Assembly: GCA_002189035.1 (NCBI GenBank)
Contig: CM007991.1
Location: 1,860,001-1,924,000 of the forward strand
DNA length: 64,000 bases
Reading direction: 5' to 3'
Source: Utricularia gibba
Lineage: Eukaryota > Plantae > Magnoliophyta
In this document: positions 23,307-36,838 of the stretch, in pieces
Position numbering within the stretch: position 1 is the first letter of the stretch
Layout: the number at the start of each line of letters is the position of its first letter
Made by a program: the position numbers and the translations under genes
The notes under the pieces: model-generated
Database searches by the model: none
Seen by the model: only the letters and a program-made list of their open reading frames with translations
Told to the model about the DNA's origin: nothing

Positions 23307-25583
23307 ATGAGTATGGAGGGGTATAAGGCAAAGGAAGAGGGTTTACTGGTTCAACTCGCGGAATCCATCAAGCTAATTTCCGCGTTGCCTGATTGCAGAA
23401 CCGTGTCTAGGAACATGTACTGCAATTTGACCAGAAGGGTGAAGCTTATGAGACCTCTTGTTGATGAGTTGAAGCATGGGGGAGCTCAAGAGGGCCTCAA
23501 GGACAACGTCTTTCGGGGGCTTGAAGCTCTCAATATCGCCCTTGACTCTGCTTTTCATCTTCTCAATTCTCTGCATCAGGGCAGTAAGATTTTACAGGTA
23601 AACCTTTTCAATCATTCATCTAACCATCCCTGCTGGTAACATCATTCTTTGAAACTGGATAATGCTATTGTGAAAATCTTGAACCTTTTAATCCTTGTGG
23701 ATGGATGTCTAGAGATTGGGTTTCAAATCCTGTGGATTTATTGGTGTAGGAATTTATTACACAATGAATGGCTGCGTTAGATTCTCTTTTCTGAGTCTGT
23801 TCTGTCCATTATTTCAGGCTCTGCAGATCATTAAAATCGGAAACAAATTCGAAGATGTATCCCGAAAGATTGAAGCTGCTCTGAGCCAGATACCCTATAA
23901 GGAACTGGATATTCCAGAAGATGTTAGGGATCAGGTGCGGTTTTAGCCTGAATCCTCGTGAACTTCAACTTAAGGAATACAAAATTTTTTCTTGATTCTT
24001 GATGCTTCTTTGTTTAGGTTGAACTCTTGCATTTACAATTTAAAAGAGCCATCGAACAAAAGGAGTCATCTGATTTGCAAATAGTGAGGGGCATAGCAGA
24101 TGCACAGATGAACAATGACGCTGATCCTGTAGTCTTCCAAAGGCTCTCAGAGAAGCTCCATCTCAAGACCCAGAATGATATAAGTAAAGAGTGGCATGCT
24201 CTCCGTGATATGCCTGATGGAACTTTTGAGGAGTACCGGGAGACCATGCAATATCTTCTTAGGAAGCTAGAAGACTCATTACCTAAGGAAAGTCCTGATC
24301 GTGATGGAAGTGAAATTGATAAGAGTTTGATGAAGAACCGATCTCCGATCATCCCTCCTGATTTCCGTTGTCCAATATCGCTTGAGCTAATGAAGGACCC
24401 TGTAATTGTGTCTACTGGACAGGTTCAGACCCTCTACTACCTCATTGGCTAGCATCTGTATGTAGTCTTATAGTCTTCATTACTTCTTATGCAGACGTAC
24501 GAGCGATCTTATATCCAGAAATGGCTTGACGCTGGGCAACGGACCTGTCCAAAGACAAAGCAGATCTTATCACATACTGCCTTGACTCCTAATTACGCTC
24601 TGAAAAGCCTGATTGCCCTGTGGTGTGAGAGTAATGGGGTTGAGCTTCCGGGGAAACATGGGAACTCCAGAGGCAGAAAGCCAGGAGGCAGTGGCCCAGA
24701 TTGCGATCGTGATGCTATTGATGCAATCCTGAAAAAACTTACCAATGGAAATATAGAACAACAAAGAGCAGCAGCTGGGGAGCTTCGTTTACTAGCTAAA
24801 CGAAATGATGACAACAGAGTCTGCATTGCTGAAGCAGGGGCCATACCTTTGTTGGTAGAATTCCTGACTTCCCCTGATCCAAGAACTCAAGAGCATGCCG
24901 TTACCGGACTTCTGAATCTCTCGATAAATGATGCAAACAAGGGAACCATAGTGAGCAAGGGTGCTATACCTTACATTGTGGCCGTGCTGAAAAACGGAAG
25001 CACTGAAACTCGGGAAAATGCTGCTGCTACTCTTTTCAGTCTGTCTGTTGTTGATGAAAACAAAGTGATTATAGGATCAGCAGGAGCCATACCACCCCTG
25101 ATCGATCTCCTCCGTCAAGGTACACCACGAGGAAAGAAAGACGCGGCCACCGCGATATTTAACCTCTGTCTCCATCCAGCTGGAATGGAGAACAAGGTGA
25201 GAGCAGTAGCAGCTGGAATCGTCCAACCACTCATGAGCTTACTCACGGATTCGGGTAGCGGCATGGTGGATGAAGCATTGGCCATTCTGGCCATTCTTGC
25301 AACGCATCAAGAAGGGAAGGTAGCGGCCACTGAAGCAGAGCCGATCCCGATTCTAGTCGATTTCATCCGCGCAGGTTCTTCTCGCAATCGCGAGAATGCA
25401 GCTGCCTTGTTGTGGTCTCTGTGCACTGGTAATTTGGAGTGCATGAACATGGCAAGGGAGCTTGGGGTTGAAGATGCACTGAAGGATTTGGCGGAGAGTG
25501 GAACTGAGAGGGCCAAAAGAAAAGCCGGGAGCATTCTGGAGCTTCTGCAGCGAGCCGACGACGAGAAAGCAACTCCGCCGTGA
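23307..25583 (+). CDS. PUB14: U-box/ARM-repeat E3 ubiquitin ligase with UND domain, PUB14-like
   Basis: Exons ~23307-23597, 23818-23934, 24018-24422, 24495-25583. UND motif [13 protein letters not shown]-box [37 protein letters not shown] repeats [13 protein letters not shown] and [12 protein letters not shown], and GTERAKRKA. Confidence 0.9.
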
Positions 25584-25834
25584 GACGCCGCGGAGATGCG
25601 AGCCGTGGAACGTGGTGAGTTGTCAACTTGTGATGTTGTATATGCGTGTAAATTGTAATATACCCAAAATGTGAAGATTAAATATTAATTTTATAATTGG
25701 CATTGAAAATAAATTATCTAAAAATTTATGGTTTTGAAACGGAAACAATTAAAACGAATAAAAATAAATCATCGGTTGTTTTTTTGATTCAGTCGTTTGA
25801 AATAAGGTTCGGAAGGCATTTGCCGCCTTGGGTG

Positions 25835-25851
25835 TCTCTCTCTCTCTCTCT
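25835..25851. repeat. (TC)8 microsatellite (GAGA-type element) at the shugoshin 5' end
   Basis: tctctctctctctctct is directly visible. Confidence 0.8.
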
Positions 25852-26345
25852 AGTGGCTAACGCGCCGGAACCCTAGACCCTGCAATTTCGTGGGAGTAAC
25901 TGCGTGTGCTTTCCTTGAAAACCATTGAATCGTAGAAGATTGAGCTTTTCCGGTAGGAGAGGAGAAGAAGGCAGTTACGGCTGCCTGATCAATGTGGAAC
26001 TCTGATCCTCATCTGATTCCTGGTTCAAGTAATGCTTCGGAGTTTGGAGTTTCCCTTTGAAAAAGATTTGGTTTTCCTTAGCGCTTATGGTTTCTTTGTT
26101 CTGATTTGAATATTTTTCTTTTGTTTTCACTGAATTTGCCGGCCCATTTGGTGGCTTTCTGAAATGCAATACTTGGTGTTAATTTAAGTTTAGCGCTTGG
26201 AGGCTGGTACTGTTCATGGAATCATGAGTTCAATGCGGTTATAACTCCATTGGTTTGAATTTATGTTAATATTGTCCCTGGAGTAAGATCCTGGCCTGAA
26301 TTTCCGGTATGCTCATTTTTTTGTGTCGTCGGAAAAACCTGTAGA

Positions 26346-28379
26346 CGAAAAGGTGAAGGATGCTAAGCCATTCTTACAGAATCCGGCCCGGAGGAAGCTG
26401 GCTGACATCAGTAACCTGCAGAATATCCTTCTAGATCAGAATCTGAAGCCACAAACTGCTGCCAATTCTACTGATGAATATATAGAAAAGCTTCGGAAGG
26501 TTAAGCTATTTTCAAGTTCCATTTCCTTGATTGATGGCCTTGTTCTATCTCAATTTTCGTATTCCTGTGTGATTCAGGAAAACGAGAGTCTAGTAAAGCT
26601 GCTGGCACAACGGAAGTATGCCCTGTCTTGTGTGTTATGTCTCTCGCTCCCTACTCTCTTGGTTTGGTAATCGTTGATGGCATTGTTTGAATTTCTATGG
26701 TAGCAAAATGATTGAGCAGAGAGGAAGAGAGCTTGAGCAATTGACGGTGAATTTCATCAAACTGCGGGAACAGAATCAACAGCTAGCTCTGTTGCATACC
26801 CACACGCTAGCTGTATGTTTACTTTCTCACTCTTTCCATGGAGCCTTTTGTTTCTGTATCACTTGTAATTCAGGAGATAGACTTTGTTTTTTCTTTTTTC
26901 TCTTTCTTCAGGAGCTAAATTCTGGAAAAGATCGGGTAAGCCTAATATGGTTTTCATGTTAAATTCTGGAAAAGTTCTGTTTCTTTTCCATTTGATGTTC
27001 TCCCTGGAGAAAAATCTATCATTGCTTACATGCTTTCTTTCCAAAACTTGCACAGTTAAAAGTTTTACAACATGAGGTTTTATGCAAAGCTGCTTTACTG
27101 GCTTCAAGGAAACCGGAACCTGAGGTTTGTCGATCTAAAATCAATGAGACTGTGCCGCAGATTGGGTGCCATTTATGGCTTATTTATTTCACTATCTAGG
27201 AAAACGCTTCTGTTAGTTTAATCCAGCAGGAAAATGCCGAGGTAAATGAACACGGAGCAGTTGTTCAATTAGTCAAATTCCTTGTGTTTATTCATGCATT
27301 TTTTCCAGTCCATTATCGATCCTATTCTCATGTCCATCTGCGTTCATATTGATAAGTTTCATGGCTTTATGTGAGCTTCGCATTTCCAAATCCGCTTCTT
27401 TAATCTTGTGATCATGCCTTTTTTTTTCCTGTAGCTGCTGGATAGAGAGCCCTCCAAAGAATCCGGAGATGAAGTAAAGTCTGATGTTGGCAGAAAGAGG
27501 GGGCGACCACATGGTGATTATGATGTTTAGAATATCCGCCTGTACGTTCACTTCACAACTCAACCCTGGAGTCATTCCTTGTAGGTTTGCGCTGTCCAGC
27601 TTCATTACCGTCCACAGGGACCGCGTTTAACAGGTTTGTTGTATTTGTCACCAGTAAATGAGGCATGCTTCTGTTTGTTCCGTGTGATGTGTCTTGTTGT
27701 TACCTTTGTGTATTGTGGTTATCTAGGGTGGCAGTTAGAAGACATTCTGCTACGTTCAAGGCTACAGAATCAAAACTAGCGGAGGTTAATGCTCCGGAGA
27801 ACCGCCCAACTTCTGATCGAGAAGAAGCCAACCCTGTTTGTAAAAAAACCAGGGGACGACCTTCAAAGAGTGCGTAATCTTCACCAAATTCCTGCTGTAC
27901 ACTTCACAACTAGAAGACTTTCTAAGCTTAAGTGTTTCTCCTCGTATTCAGGATTGTCCTCCGCCGAATCATCTAATTCCGAAAAGGATGCTGGGAATAA
28001 AAGGTTCGCCTTAAGACAAACCACTGGTTGGCAATGCCTTTCGTTTCACTCACTTTTTTCTCTAACCTGACCATTTACCTCTCTGTTTCCCAGACCCTTA
28101 CCGAGAAGGCAATCCTTAAGACTGAAGGGTATTAAAGCAGAGACTATCGAGGAATCAGTTGATGGAGATGATTCGCAACTCTCCAAGTGTTGCTCATCTA
28201 GGGATCAACAAGTCACGATGGAGCCAACTTCCACTTCTCAAAACGCAGCCACAAACATTGAAGACAAAACGGCCGGTTCTGGAGCATCAGGCTTTAGCAG
28301 GCCCTCAAGAGTGGCGGCCACAAAGGTTCAGTCATACAAGGAGAGACCTATAAATATCAAATTGCGCAGACCCGAGTAG
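26346..28379 (+). CDS. SGO1: Shugoshin (centromeric cohesion protector); the true start codon lies upstream and is not resolved
   Basis: RRKLADISNL. N-terminal coiled coil over short exons: ENESLVKLLAQR-(N)KMIEQ...QNQQLAL-ELNSGKDR-LKVLQHEVLCK. C-terminal SGO motif RPSRVAATKVQSYKERPINIKLRRPE* with stop at 28377-28379. Confidence 0.88.
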
Positions 28380-28743
28380 TAAGAAAACCATTCTCATTAG
28401 CATCAGCCTCTGTACTCTCTGTGCACATTTTGTTGATGCCCCTGGGGATTGCCTTATGAACAGCTGTAGGAACTCTATTTGTAATATGGAATGGACATGG
28501 TTGCAGATACTCAATGTTGGCTAACCAACAGACTCGACAGTATGAGACGCACTTAAGAACACAACATAAACTGATGAAAATACACCCAGAAAAATATCAC
28601 AGGACGGGCTCCAATTGCCCCGTTATCATCACCATCATATAGTTCATTTCACAGAACTTGATACTATGGTTATTTGATTTATCATTCCATAGTATAGAAT
28701 GGCATGAGCGTTTGCTTCCACGTAAAGGGTAGTGTCTGTAGCT

Positions 28744-31648
28744 TTAGTTTTCCCCAGGAAGCATGGTGTCCTCAGGGAGATCACAGACAGCAATGCCCTG
28801 AAATAAAAAGCAAGTTGTAGCTGATTTGTTGAACACAATTATGATGTAAAATGAGCTGCGATGCTACCTCTCCAGTAAGATGGGCTACACATTTCTTCTC
28901 TGCAAGTAGTTCTGCTTCCGTCTGCAACATGAGGTGAAGGCAGAAGCTTATAAATGGAGTTGAAGAAAAGTGAAATCCATGCCTTATGGCACTTTTGCAA
29001 AGAAAAAAATGCATAAAAATGGAAGTCATGTGAATTCATGAGAATGACCTTCTTGATCCGACTCCAGAGGTAATCATCAAATGCAACATCTTTCACAAGT
29101 TCATAGTCACCATCACCCTTCAGTACCAGAAACCGAGATCATATACAAATTCATGACATAAAGTGGTCACAAAAGCTAAACAATCAATAACACATACTTT
29201 GGATCTGCAGGGCATGCTGAAGACGATATCTTCAGCAATCCCATATGGATTTCCAGCAGTGTAAACCTAGAGATTTTGAATGCGTTCTCATGAGGAGACA
29301 GACAATACATGTCGAATATGGTAAAAAAACAGCAACCTTGATGAACGATGCACGAATTTTATGTCAATGAGAAAAAGGTTAGTTAGCTTCAAAAAAAGTA
29401 CTTACCCCAGTGGAAAACCAATCACCCTCTGGTGTAGGTGTCACGAGTGATTTAATAGCATCAACGATTGATACAGCTGTTGATGCAGCAGAGGACCTTC
29501 CCCATTTCTGAATGAGAGCTCCTCCCCTCTGAAAAAATACATTATACAAGTAGTCAGCAATGGTTCTAGATCAGATGTCTACGATGAAGAATCTTTTTTA
29601 AGTGGCACACCTTTTGAACCTTCACAGTGAACTCTTCTTCCAACCACTTACTGTCTTTAATAACTTCTTTAACCGGTAAACCATTGATCTTAGCATTGAA
29701 GAAGTCTGGAACCTGAAACAGAACGTCATGCACATCAAAAGAAGACCAAAAACAGCTCTGTTAGAGTAGGTACATTCAGAGATACATTACCTGAGTTGTT
29801 GAGTGGTTTCCCCAGATGGTCACATTTGACACTTGATCGTAAAATACCCCTGCCTTTAGGGCCAGCTGCTCACAAAATGAGTAACGTATGTTGAATACGC
29901 CACATGAATATGAGTTCAAAGCAAAAAAAAAAACAGAGATGAAGGATACAGACCTGGCATTTGGCTCTATTTTCATCCAGCCTGGTCAAAGCATGGAAGT
30001 TTTTGGCAGGGATATCAGGAGCATTTTTCAAGCAGATTAATGCGCTTTTAAGGAAAAAAAAAGTAGGTTAGTAGACAGTCACCATAAGATGAACACTAAA
30101 GGATGGACAAGCATCAATGTTAGTTTACTTTGTATTGCAAGGGTTGCCAACAACAATCACTTTGACATTGCGAGATGCAACAGCGTTAAGGGCTTTCCCC
30201 TGCAATTATCATTTAAACATATATTTTTCTTATGGCCTCGCTTTCTTTCTTCCTCTCCAACAGCTGTAATGATAAGCATGATCCACTATAAACCCAAAGA
30301 CTTGCCAGGGCAAGAATTTGGAGGGAATAATGAATCACCTGCGCAGCATAAATTTGGCCATTGATGTCTAGTAAGTCAGCCCTCTCCATTCCAGGGCCAC
30401 GTGGCTTTGCTCCAATCAGAAGAGCCCATTCAACATCTTGGAAAACATCGTAAGGATCAATTCCAATGCTCACTTCCCTCAGTAAGGGATATAATGAGTC
30501 CTCAAGTTCCATTGCAACTCCTGAGATTTCACAAGAAAAGCAGTCTCTGATGTACTGTTGAATCAGAAAGGAAGTCTTAAGGAAAAGTGCTCATAAAATA
30601 CTTCTATAATCAGATTACTTTATTTCTGAAACCAAGTACGTCAATGACAACCTAGACAAAGGAGGATGCTCCAATGGCAATTTGGAGGACAAGCCATAAA
30701 AATTAAAGGTTCAATTTCTAAATGATTCTAGGGAGAATGGTGGCCCAGGCAGTGTGCAGGATCATCCTGGTAATATATCACCTTATATAAGGTAGACCCA
30801 TACCTTCAAGCGCTTCAAATGATCGTTCAGATCCTAATAGCTTAAGGGCAATAGGTTGATCTGGTCCAAAAACTTCCCCTGAAGCAAGCTGATAAGACAT
30901 GATCGAATGAGGTATGTAACTATCCACACAATGCATTCTTTAACTGGTGTACATGGCTGAATTCTTATGCAAGAACAGTTTCATAGATCTACCCATCACT
31001 TTGAAAGTAGAAAATCAACAGTTTGGACTTCGAAGAAACCGGTGAAAAATCAAAAGAACTGGCGAAAGAATGATTTAATTCCTTTTTTTGGCCTACCAGT
31101 TCGTGATATCCAAGCCAAGTATTAAGTAATCAATCAAAATAACTTTCAGAAGACAAGATTTGCAGAGCTGATTTCCAACCTTGAAGAGAAGATGATTCGA
31201 TATCATTCCTGCGGCACCTGAAACAGCAACACTAATCAACTTCTTCCATGATTTCGTTTCCTCCTCCTAGGAACAAAATAAGACAATTGTATCATCAAAA
31301 TCCCCTCTAGAACGCAGAGCGCAACATAATATTATACTAACAGCTTTGAGGTCATAAGTGAGACAAAAGACACCAAAGCAGTCCGGTTTTTTCTTGACAT
31401 CCTCAATGTTCACAGCTACCGGCGCTTGAACTTCACTGCAAACCCAGAACCCCATCAACCCAGATTCCAAATTCCACACAACAAAGCAAGCAAAAAACAT
31501 ACTTTGAAACGACGGAGCATGTGGTTACTGAATTCAACCGCTGCCTGAGGTGCAATCGGCGGTTTTGAGTAAAAACGTAGGAGACCCTGAGCGCATTATT
31601 GGCGTATACGGAAGAAGAGGAAGCTGCCGTGAGCTCAGCCAAGGCCAT
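28744..31648 (-). CDS. NADP-MDH: Chloroplast NADP-dependent malate dehydrogenase
   Basis: All exons splice in frame. Transit peptide, N-terminal redox pair [56 protein letters not shown], and C-terminal redox extension [27 protein letters not shown]. Confidence 0.96.
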
Positions 31649-32297
31649 TGATTCGTAGTTTTGAACGGGGATTCAAGTCCCAGTAATGAAGGTTTATGTA
31701 CTTGCGACTGAAACTACAAAAGGGGGCAAGAGGAGCTCAAATAGGATAAATTTGAGATGAACGTTAAAGGTCCAGCATACGACACCTGTCCATATCCATC
31801 TGCAACGCAATCTCCTCCAAAACTTCTCAATCTCCAACACTTGAGCCGCAGCTTATGAGGTATATATTATTATTTACTTATCTCAAACTTGAAATAATTC
31901 ATTGACTGACGCAAGCAACACTTTTTATTATCTTTGAATGCTTAATAATGCACATCATCCCTGAGAACTTGAACACAACAATCTTTCTACCAGGTTGAAC
32001 ACATCAGAATAAATTAAAAATAACGACTTTTTGCAGTGGGCAGGATGACTTGGGGAGACCTCGATAATCGGAATCGCGGGTGGAGGTGTTCGTGAGGTTG
32101 ATCAGAAAAAAGATGAAACTTTGCTGTGAATTAGTTTCGGATTCTCATGCAAATATTTGATAGTATAATATAGTAAAACATATATTAGAATCAAAAAGTC
32201 CAATCCTTGTTCAATCTTTCGTCAAAAACCAGTACACCATTTATTCATGTATGTACCGTACCGCACACAATTGAAAACTGCAACAGTCCAGTCTTTC

Positions 32298-32978
32298 CTA
32301 GCAGCCAGCCTTAAAATTGATGATGAGCATGGGTTTCTGGTTCGTTTTGTAGCCCCACAGTTCCACGATATCTCCCTCCGCGACCCGGTTGTTTTTTCTG
32401 ATCTTCTTCCATGAGTCTTTGGTGAAACCTGGCAGCTTCTGGCTTGGCCATTTCACCATACGAAGAGTATATTCTCGGCAAGATGCATCCAGACACGGTA
32501 AATCTATACCCTTCCCAGACATCACGTCCTCCCGCTCCTCATCATTCAAGAAGTTCATCAGATCCTCGCTTTTGGACAGAAGAAGCCTGTTCAGGTTGCT
32601 GTTGACGTCCGATTCTTCTATACGCTTGCGATACAAGAAAACAGCGCCGCAGTTGGGGATCATGTCCTGGATCAGAGGGAAGTCCTGAAGAGAAGAGACT
32701 GGGACATTGTCTATATTCCTCTGCCTCCTGAATTCTCCCCGTTGTCTCTGCTGCGTCTCGCTGGATGGTTCCTCGTTTCTTTCCCTTCGCTTCCTAGTCC
32801 TTCCTTCTTCTCGTGGTTCAACCCATGGCAGAAGTATTGGTCTTTGGCAGACCGCGGCATCCATGCAGCCATTGGAGTTCACCGGAGTAGGCCTTTCCGG
32901 GGCCGGGAGCCTTTCTGAAGATGGGGGCATTCCCGGGCCACGAATGTGCTGACCGAAAAGCCGAAACCCAGCAGCCAT
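32298..32978 (-). CDS. Intronless atypical B3-domain protein (At2g31720/DUF313-like subgroup), 226 aa
   Basis: The C-terminal B3-like motif order is present: LYRKRIEESDVNSNLNRLLL, MNFLNDEEREDV, YTLRMVKW, SWKKIRKNNRVAEGDIVELWGY. The likely ATG is 32978 (MAAGFRLFG). The longer ORF-track start includes a (GAA)n run that is probably 5'UTR. Confidence 0.75.
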   Translation of the reverse strand: MAAGFRLFGQHIRGPGMPPSSERLPAPERPTPVNSNGCMDAAVCQRPILLPWVEPREEGRTRKRRERNEEPSSETQQRQRGEFRRQRNIDNVPVSSLQDFPLIQDMIPNCGAVFLYRKRIEESDVNSNLNRLLLSKSEDLMNFLNDEEREDVMSGKGIDLPCLDASCREYTLRMVKWPSQKLPGFTKDSWKKIRKNNRVAEGDIVELWGYKTNQKPMLIINFKAGC

Positions 32979-33807
32979 AGAATCCTCCTCTTCTTCTTCT
33001 TCTTCACAACAAGAGAACGCAAAACTCAGGTGTGGCCGCGTTGGGTTTTTATAGGAATGAAGATGATCACAGATACGGAAGGATCTGATATCTCCAGCTT
33101 CCATATACCTGGACGGACTTCCAGCTACACTTTCCATAATCAAACTAATCATTCCATAATCTAAAACTAACCTGAAGGCGGGAGAATAATAATCCGTCTC
33201 TTTTCAAACCAGCAACAGAATAAAAATATTTTTCCAAATATCTTCCTCCCCAGATTTTATCTCCATGGAAATATTTCTAAAACTTAAAAAAAAAGTATGG
33301 ATTTCTTATCTTTCATTATTTGATAGTATCAAATAATATCTTATCAACGCCGTATTATACGCACTCTAACTGCTTTTTGTATGAATTTATCGTACTTCCG
33401 TATGAAATAATTTGTATTGTTTAACTAACTGACGTAATTTATCCTCAAATATTATTTTCAAATCGGATAAAATTAATCTTTAATATTTTCAGTTTCATTG
33501 ATAAAAAATGTTTAAATTTAAATAGTAAATTAATTATATCTGATTCAAATAGAAAAGAAAAATATATGAAATACAAAAGATTGAATACTAATTTTACTGG
33601 ATAAATTAAATATGTTCGATCCAATTACACAAACACGCTATTTTCATTACTACACATTATTTTTCATTAAATAGGGATATTTGATGCCGAGGCCCATGTA
33701 AATAAATGGTTTTAAGACAAATGTACGTATATGTGAGTATGGAGTTTCAGGTGGTAATGAAGGAAGGAGATGACAAATGAAGCTGTTGCGTTTGGGGTGG
33801 TTATTGT

Positions 33808-36800
33808 TTAACCAGATACCCACTTCCAAATGCCACCGGAACTCTCCTTGGGGGCGTTAGAAGTGAGCTCCATGTCACGTTCGAATGCCGATTTTTGGCT
33901 TCTCAGAGACTGAACCTCCTGTTCTAGTGATGGCATCGATTCCAGAATCCTCTTTAGCTCCTTTATCTGTGCCTGGTTTAGTAGAAAAACAAGGGTTTAG
34001 GGACTAGAAACCATTTCATGGCTGCAAGGCCAGTGCCACTAACCTCGAGTTTGGCGCATCTGGATCTCTCGGTAACAAGTTGTCCTTGCAGGGAAAGCAG
34101 TTCCTGAAATGAAGCGATTTGGTGAGGGGTGTGAAGAAGAATGGGTAGAATGCATCGGATTTGGGAGCACGGACCTTGGACAGTTCTGCATGTGTTTCAT
34201 TTGTTTCGTCGAGCTTGGTCTTGAGACCAGAGTTTTGAGCTGTAATGTCCGCTAGAGAGCGCTCCAATGCTCTGTTCTCCTCTTTGATTGCGTTTATTTC
34301 AGAAGAGAGATCCTTCTGGGACGTATCCATGGGTATCTCTTTAGGGTCCACATCTTCTTTGATGAACAAGTCGGAATTCTCAGCTTTTGCCAAGGCATAC
34401 GCTGCAGCAACAGAGGCAGCAGCTGCAGCTGCAGCCGGAGATTCCAATATCCTGGGATTTAATGAGGAGTCTCTTGGTTTGAGCCTCATGACAAATACCT
34501 AAGAGTGAAAAAGTGCAGAATCAAGATTAAGGCTTGGGCACAGAAACTAGAAGGAGTGAACAATCTGAAAAGAATCTAGCTATTCGAAGAGCATGTTTTT
34601 ACGCCAAGTACCCGCTCTACATTTTCTTGGAAGCCAACAGACCACAGAAAATAACAATAATACATACCTCATTGTAGTAATGTCCGTTGTAGCCACCAAA
34701 TGCAAGTAATAAATTCTCGCCACCAAGTAATGCAGATGATAAGCTGATTCCCTGAAGGATGCCATTAGTGATATTTATATGGAGAATAGCAGGGAATAAT
34801 CAAAATACAAAAGGAAGAACATGCTCTCATGTGAAAGAAAACTGATTAAATTGTGTGGGTAATAAATTCCATAGAGCACCAAGGCCTGAAATTTTTCCTC
34901 CAGCCTTCAATTGGTATTAAATCTCTCATTACCTCACTAGCAAGTGCATGTCTTTTTGGTACAGTTGTCACTACTGATACAGCAAGCTTGGACATATCAA
35001 TTGAGAGGGTCTCCAAGGCACCTGGACACATAAATGGTCCCGTATCACTTATAAATCAAAAGGCGAAGAAAACAAAACCTAGAGTGGAAACTCATTCGGG
35101 AAAACTAAAATCCAAGATTTAATTTACCGCTTGTATTATCTCCACCACCAACTACATAGCAGTTTCCTTCAATTGCAACAGCAGCATGTCCTGCCCGCGA
35201 AGAAACTGTATGGCCCAACATTTGTGGCTGCGACCACTCCATCTGTTCAAATTATACAATCATCTAAATTAAATGACAAGGTCGAATTCCATTTATCAGC
35301 AAGCAGTATGTATAGTTTCAGCATGCTTAAGATGGAAACACTAGAGAACACCCCATGCTTATGGGAAATCTAGCATACAAGAAAAAAGCTTACTGTTTGC
35401 AAATCCAGCAGGTGGAGGTCATTGAAAAACAATGAATGCGAGCATCCACCAAAGATAAGAAGATATCTTTCAGCATGCAGTGCAGCTGTGTGATCATATC
35501 TAGGAGTTGGCGGCTTCTGACTGTCAAGAGGAATAATTGTTACGAAAAGCTAAACCCAAGTCATATACACGCAGTCAAGAAAATGGGATGGAATACATAG
35601 TATCTACAGCTTTCCATGTCATTGTCTCCAAATCAAGGACATGGATATCATTCAACAATCTCCTTTTCCAGTCTTCTCCACCAAACATGACAAGTTGAGA
35701 ACCAAACAACGTAACAGTTTGTCCACTGCGTGCTATCTGAAGAATTCCCAAAAATAAACTTACTTGTCTTTGTCGAATCTTTCAAAAAAAAAAAAAGAGG
35801 AAAAAAACTTGATGAAATAAAAACATCATTCAGAAACTTGGATCACGAAGATCAATATCTCCCTATTGGAATCTTCATTAATGAATGATTTAGTTAAACA
35901 GAACTATACTGGTGCAAGAAAGAATAAGTGCTAAAAAGAAAAAAAAAACATTATTACCGGCACTTCCCCTGTGGTTTCAATGGTTCCGCAGGTATGCAAT
36001 TCAAGATCAATGAATCTTACTACAGAGAATAAAGCACAATGTTAGGAAACAAAAGGCCAAGTGTCTTGGAAACAAACGACTCACATGGAAAGATAAGATA
36101 TTCACTATATAGGATTCAAAGGCCTGAATGGAAACACTGTTAGGCATGTCTCAGATCTTGCATAAACGAACCTGTCACCTTGTCATTTGCATTCTTAGTA
36201 AGACCAGCGACAAGAAGAATCTTCGTTCCCCATTTAATCTGAATATCAAAACAATCATCATTATAAAAAACCAGATGACGGAAACTCGTAAATGTCACAA
36301 AACAAAAGTATCAGTAAGCAAAATCCTATTATCAAGCGAATGAAATCTAGGATACCCAGCATACCATGCTATGTCCAGAGGTAGCTAGAAAAACATGGGC
36401 AGGCACACCATCCTTACTGTCCGCGTCATTGGCTTCCATTTTGAGTTTTATGGTAGACCACGAAAGATTTTTCAGATCAAAAGCCTAAATGCAGGAAAAC
36501 ATATTTCCAAAAAAATAAATTAATTTTAAAAGTTAATGAAAATGAAAAATCACAAAAATTGAAGTACCTGAACATCAGATAAGTATCTACCATTTCGACT
36601 TCCTCCCATGATGTATAGTTTCTCATCAACAACAGTTGCCGCATGCTACAATCAGGAATGAATGCATGTTCAGCAGGTAGTCAAAAGACCAAAATTTTAT
36701 GAAAAATAATATTCTGAGAGTTTCTTCATAGTTTAATATCACCTTGTAACGAACAGCTGGGCGTGGACCGGATACTGGCAGCTCTACCCACTGATCATAG

Positions 36801-36838
36801 GATAAATCCAAGAGCCAATTCTCAGCATCTGACCCCAT
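33808..36838 (-). CDS. Kelch-repeat plus coiled-coil protein related to the C-terminal part of ACBP4/5, without an acyl-CoA-binding domain
   Basis: Exons splice in frame: SYDQWVELPVSGPRPAVRYK-HAATVVDEKLYIMGGSRNGRY, MFGGEDWKRRLLNDIH, LIFGGCSHSLFFNDLH, SPAAAAAAASVAAAY, QGQLVTERSRCAKLE, GGIWKWVSG*. Confidence 0.9.

Noticed and set aside
24014-24352. Long antisense ORFs over PUB14, and likewise over DUF1645 (60957-61493), mTERF, SMXL and Misato
   Set aside because: These are shadow ORFs of real coding sequence on the opposite strand.
26423-26430. ATATCCTT inside the shugoshin gene
   Set aside because: It lies within an open coding exon (N-I-L), with no matching branch site or AC.
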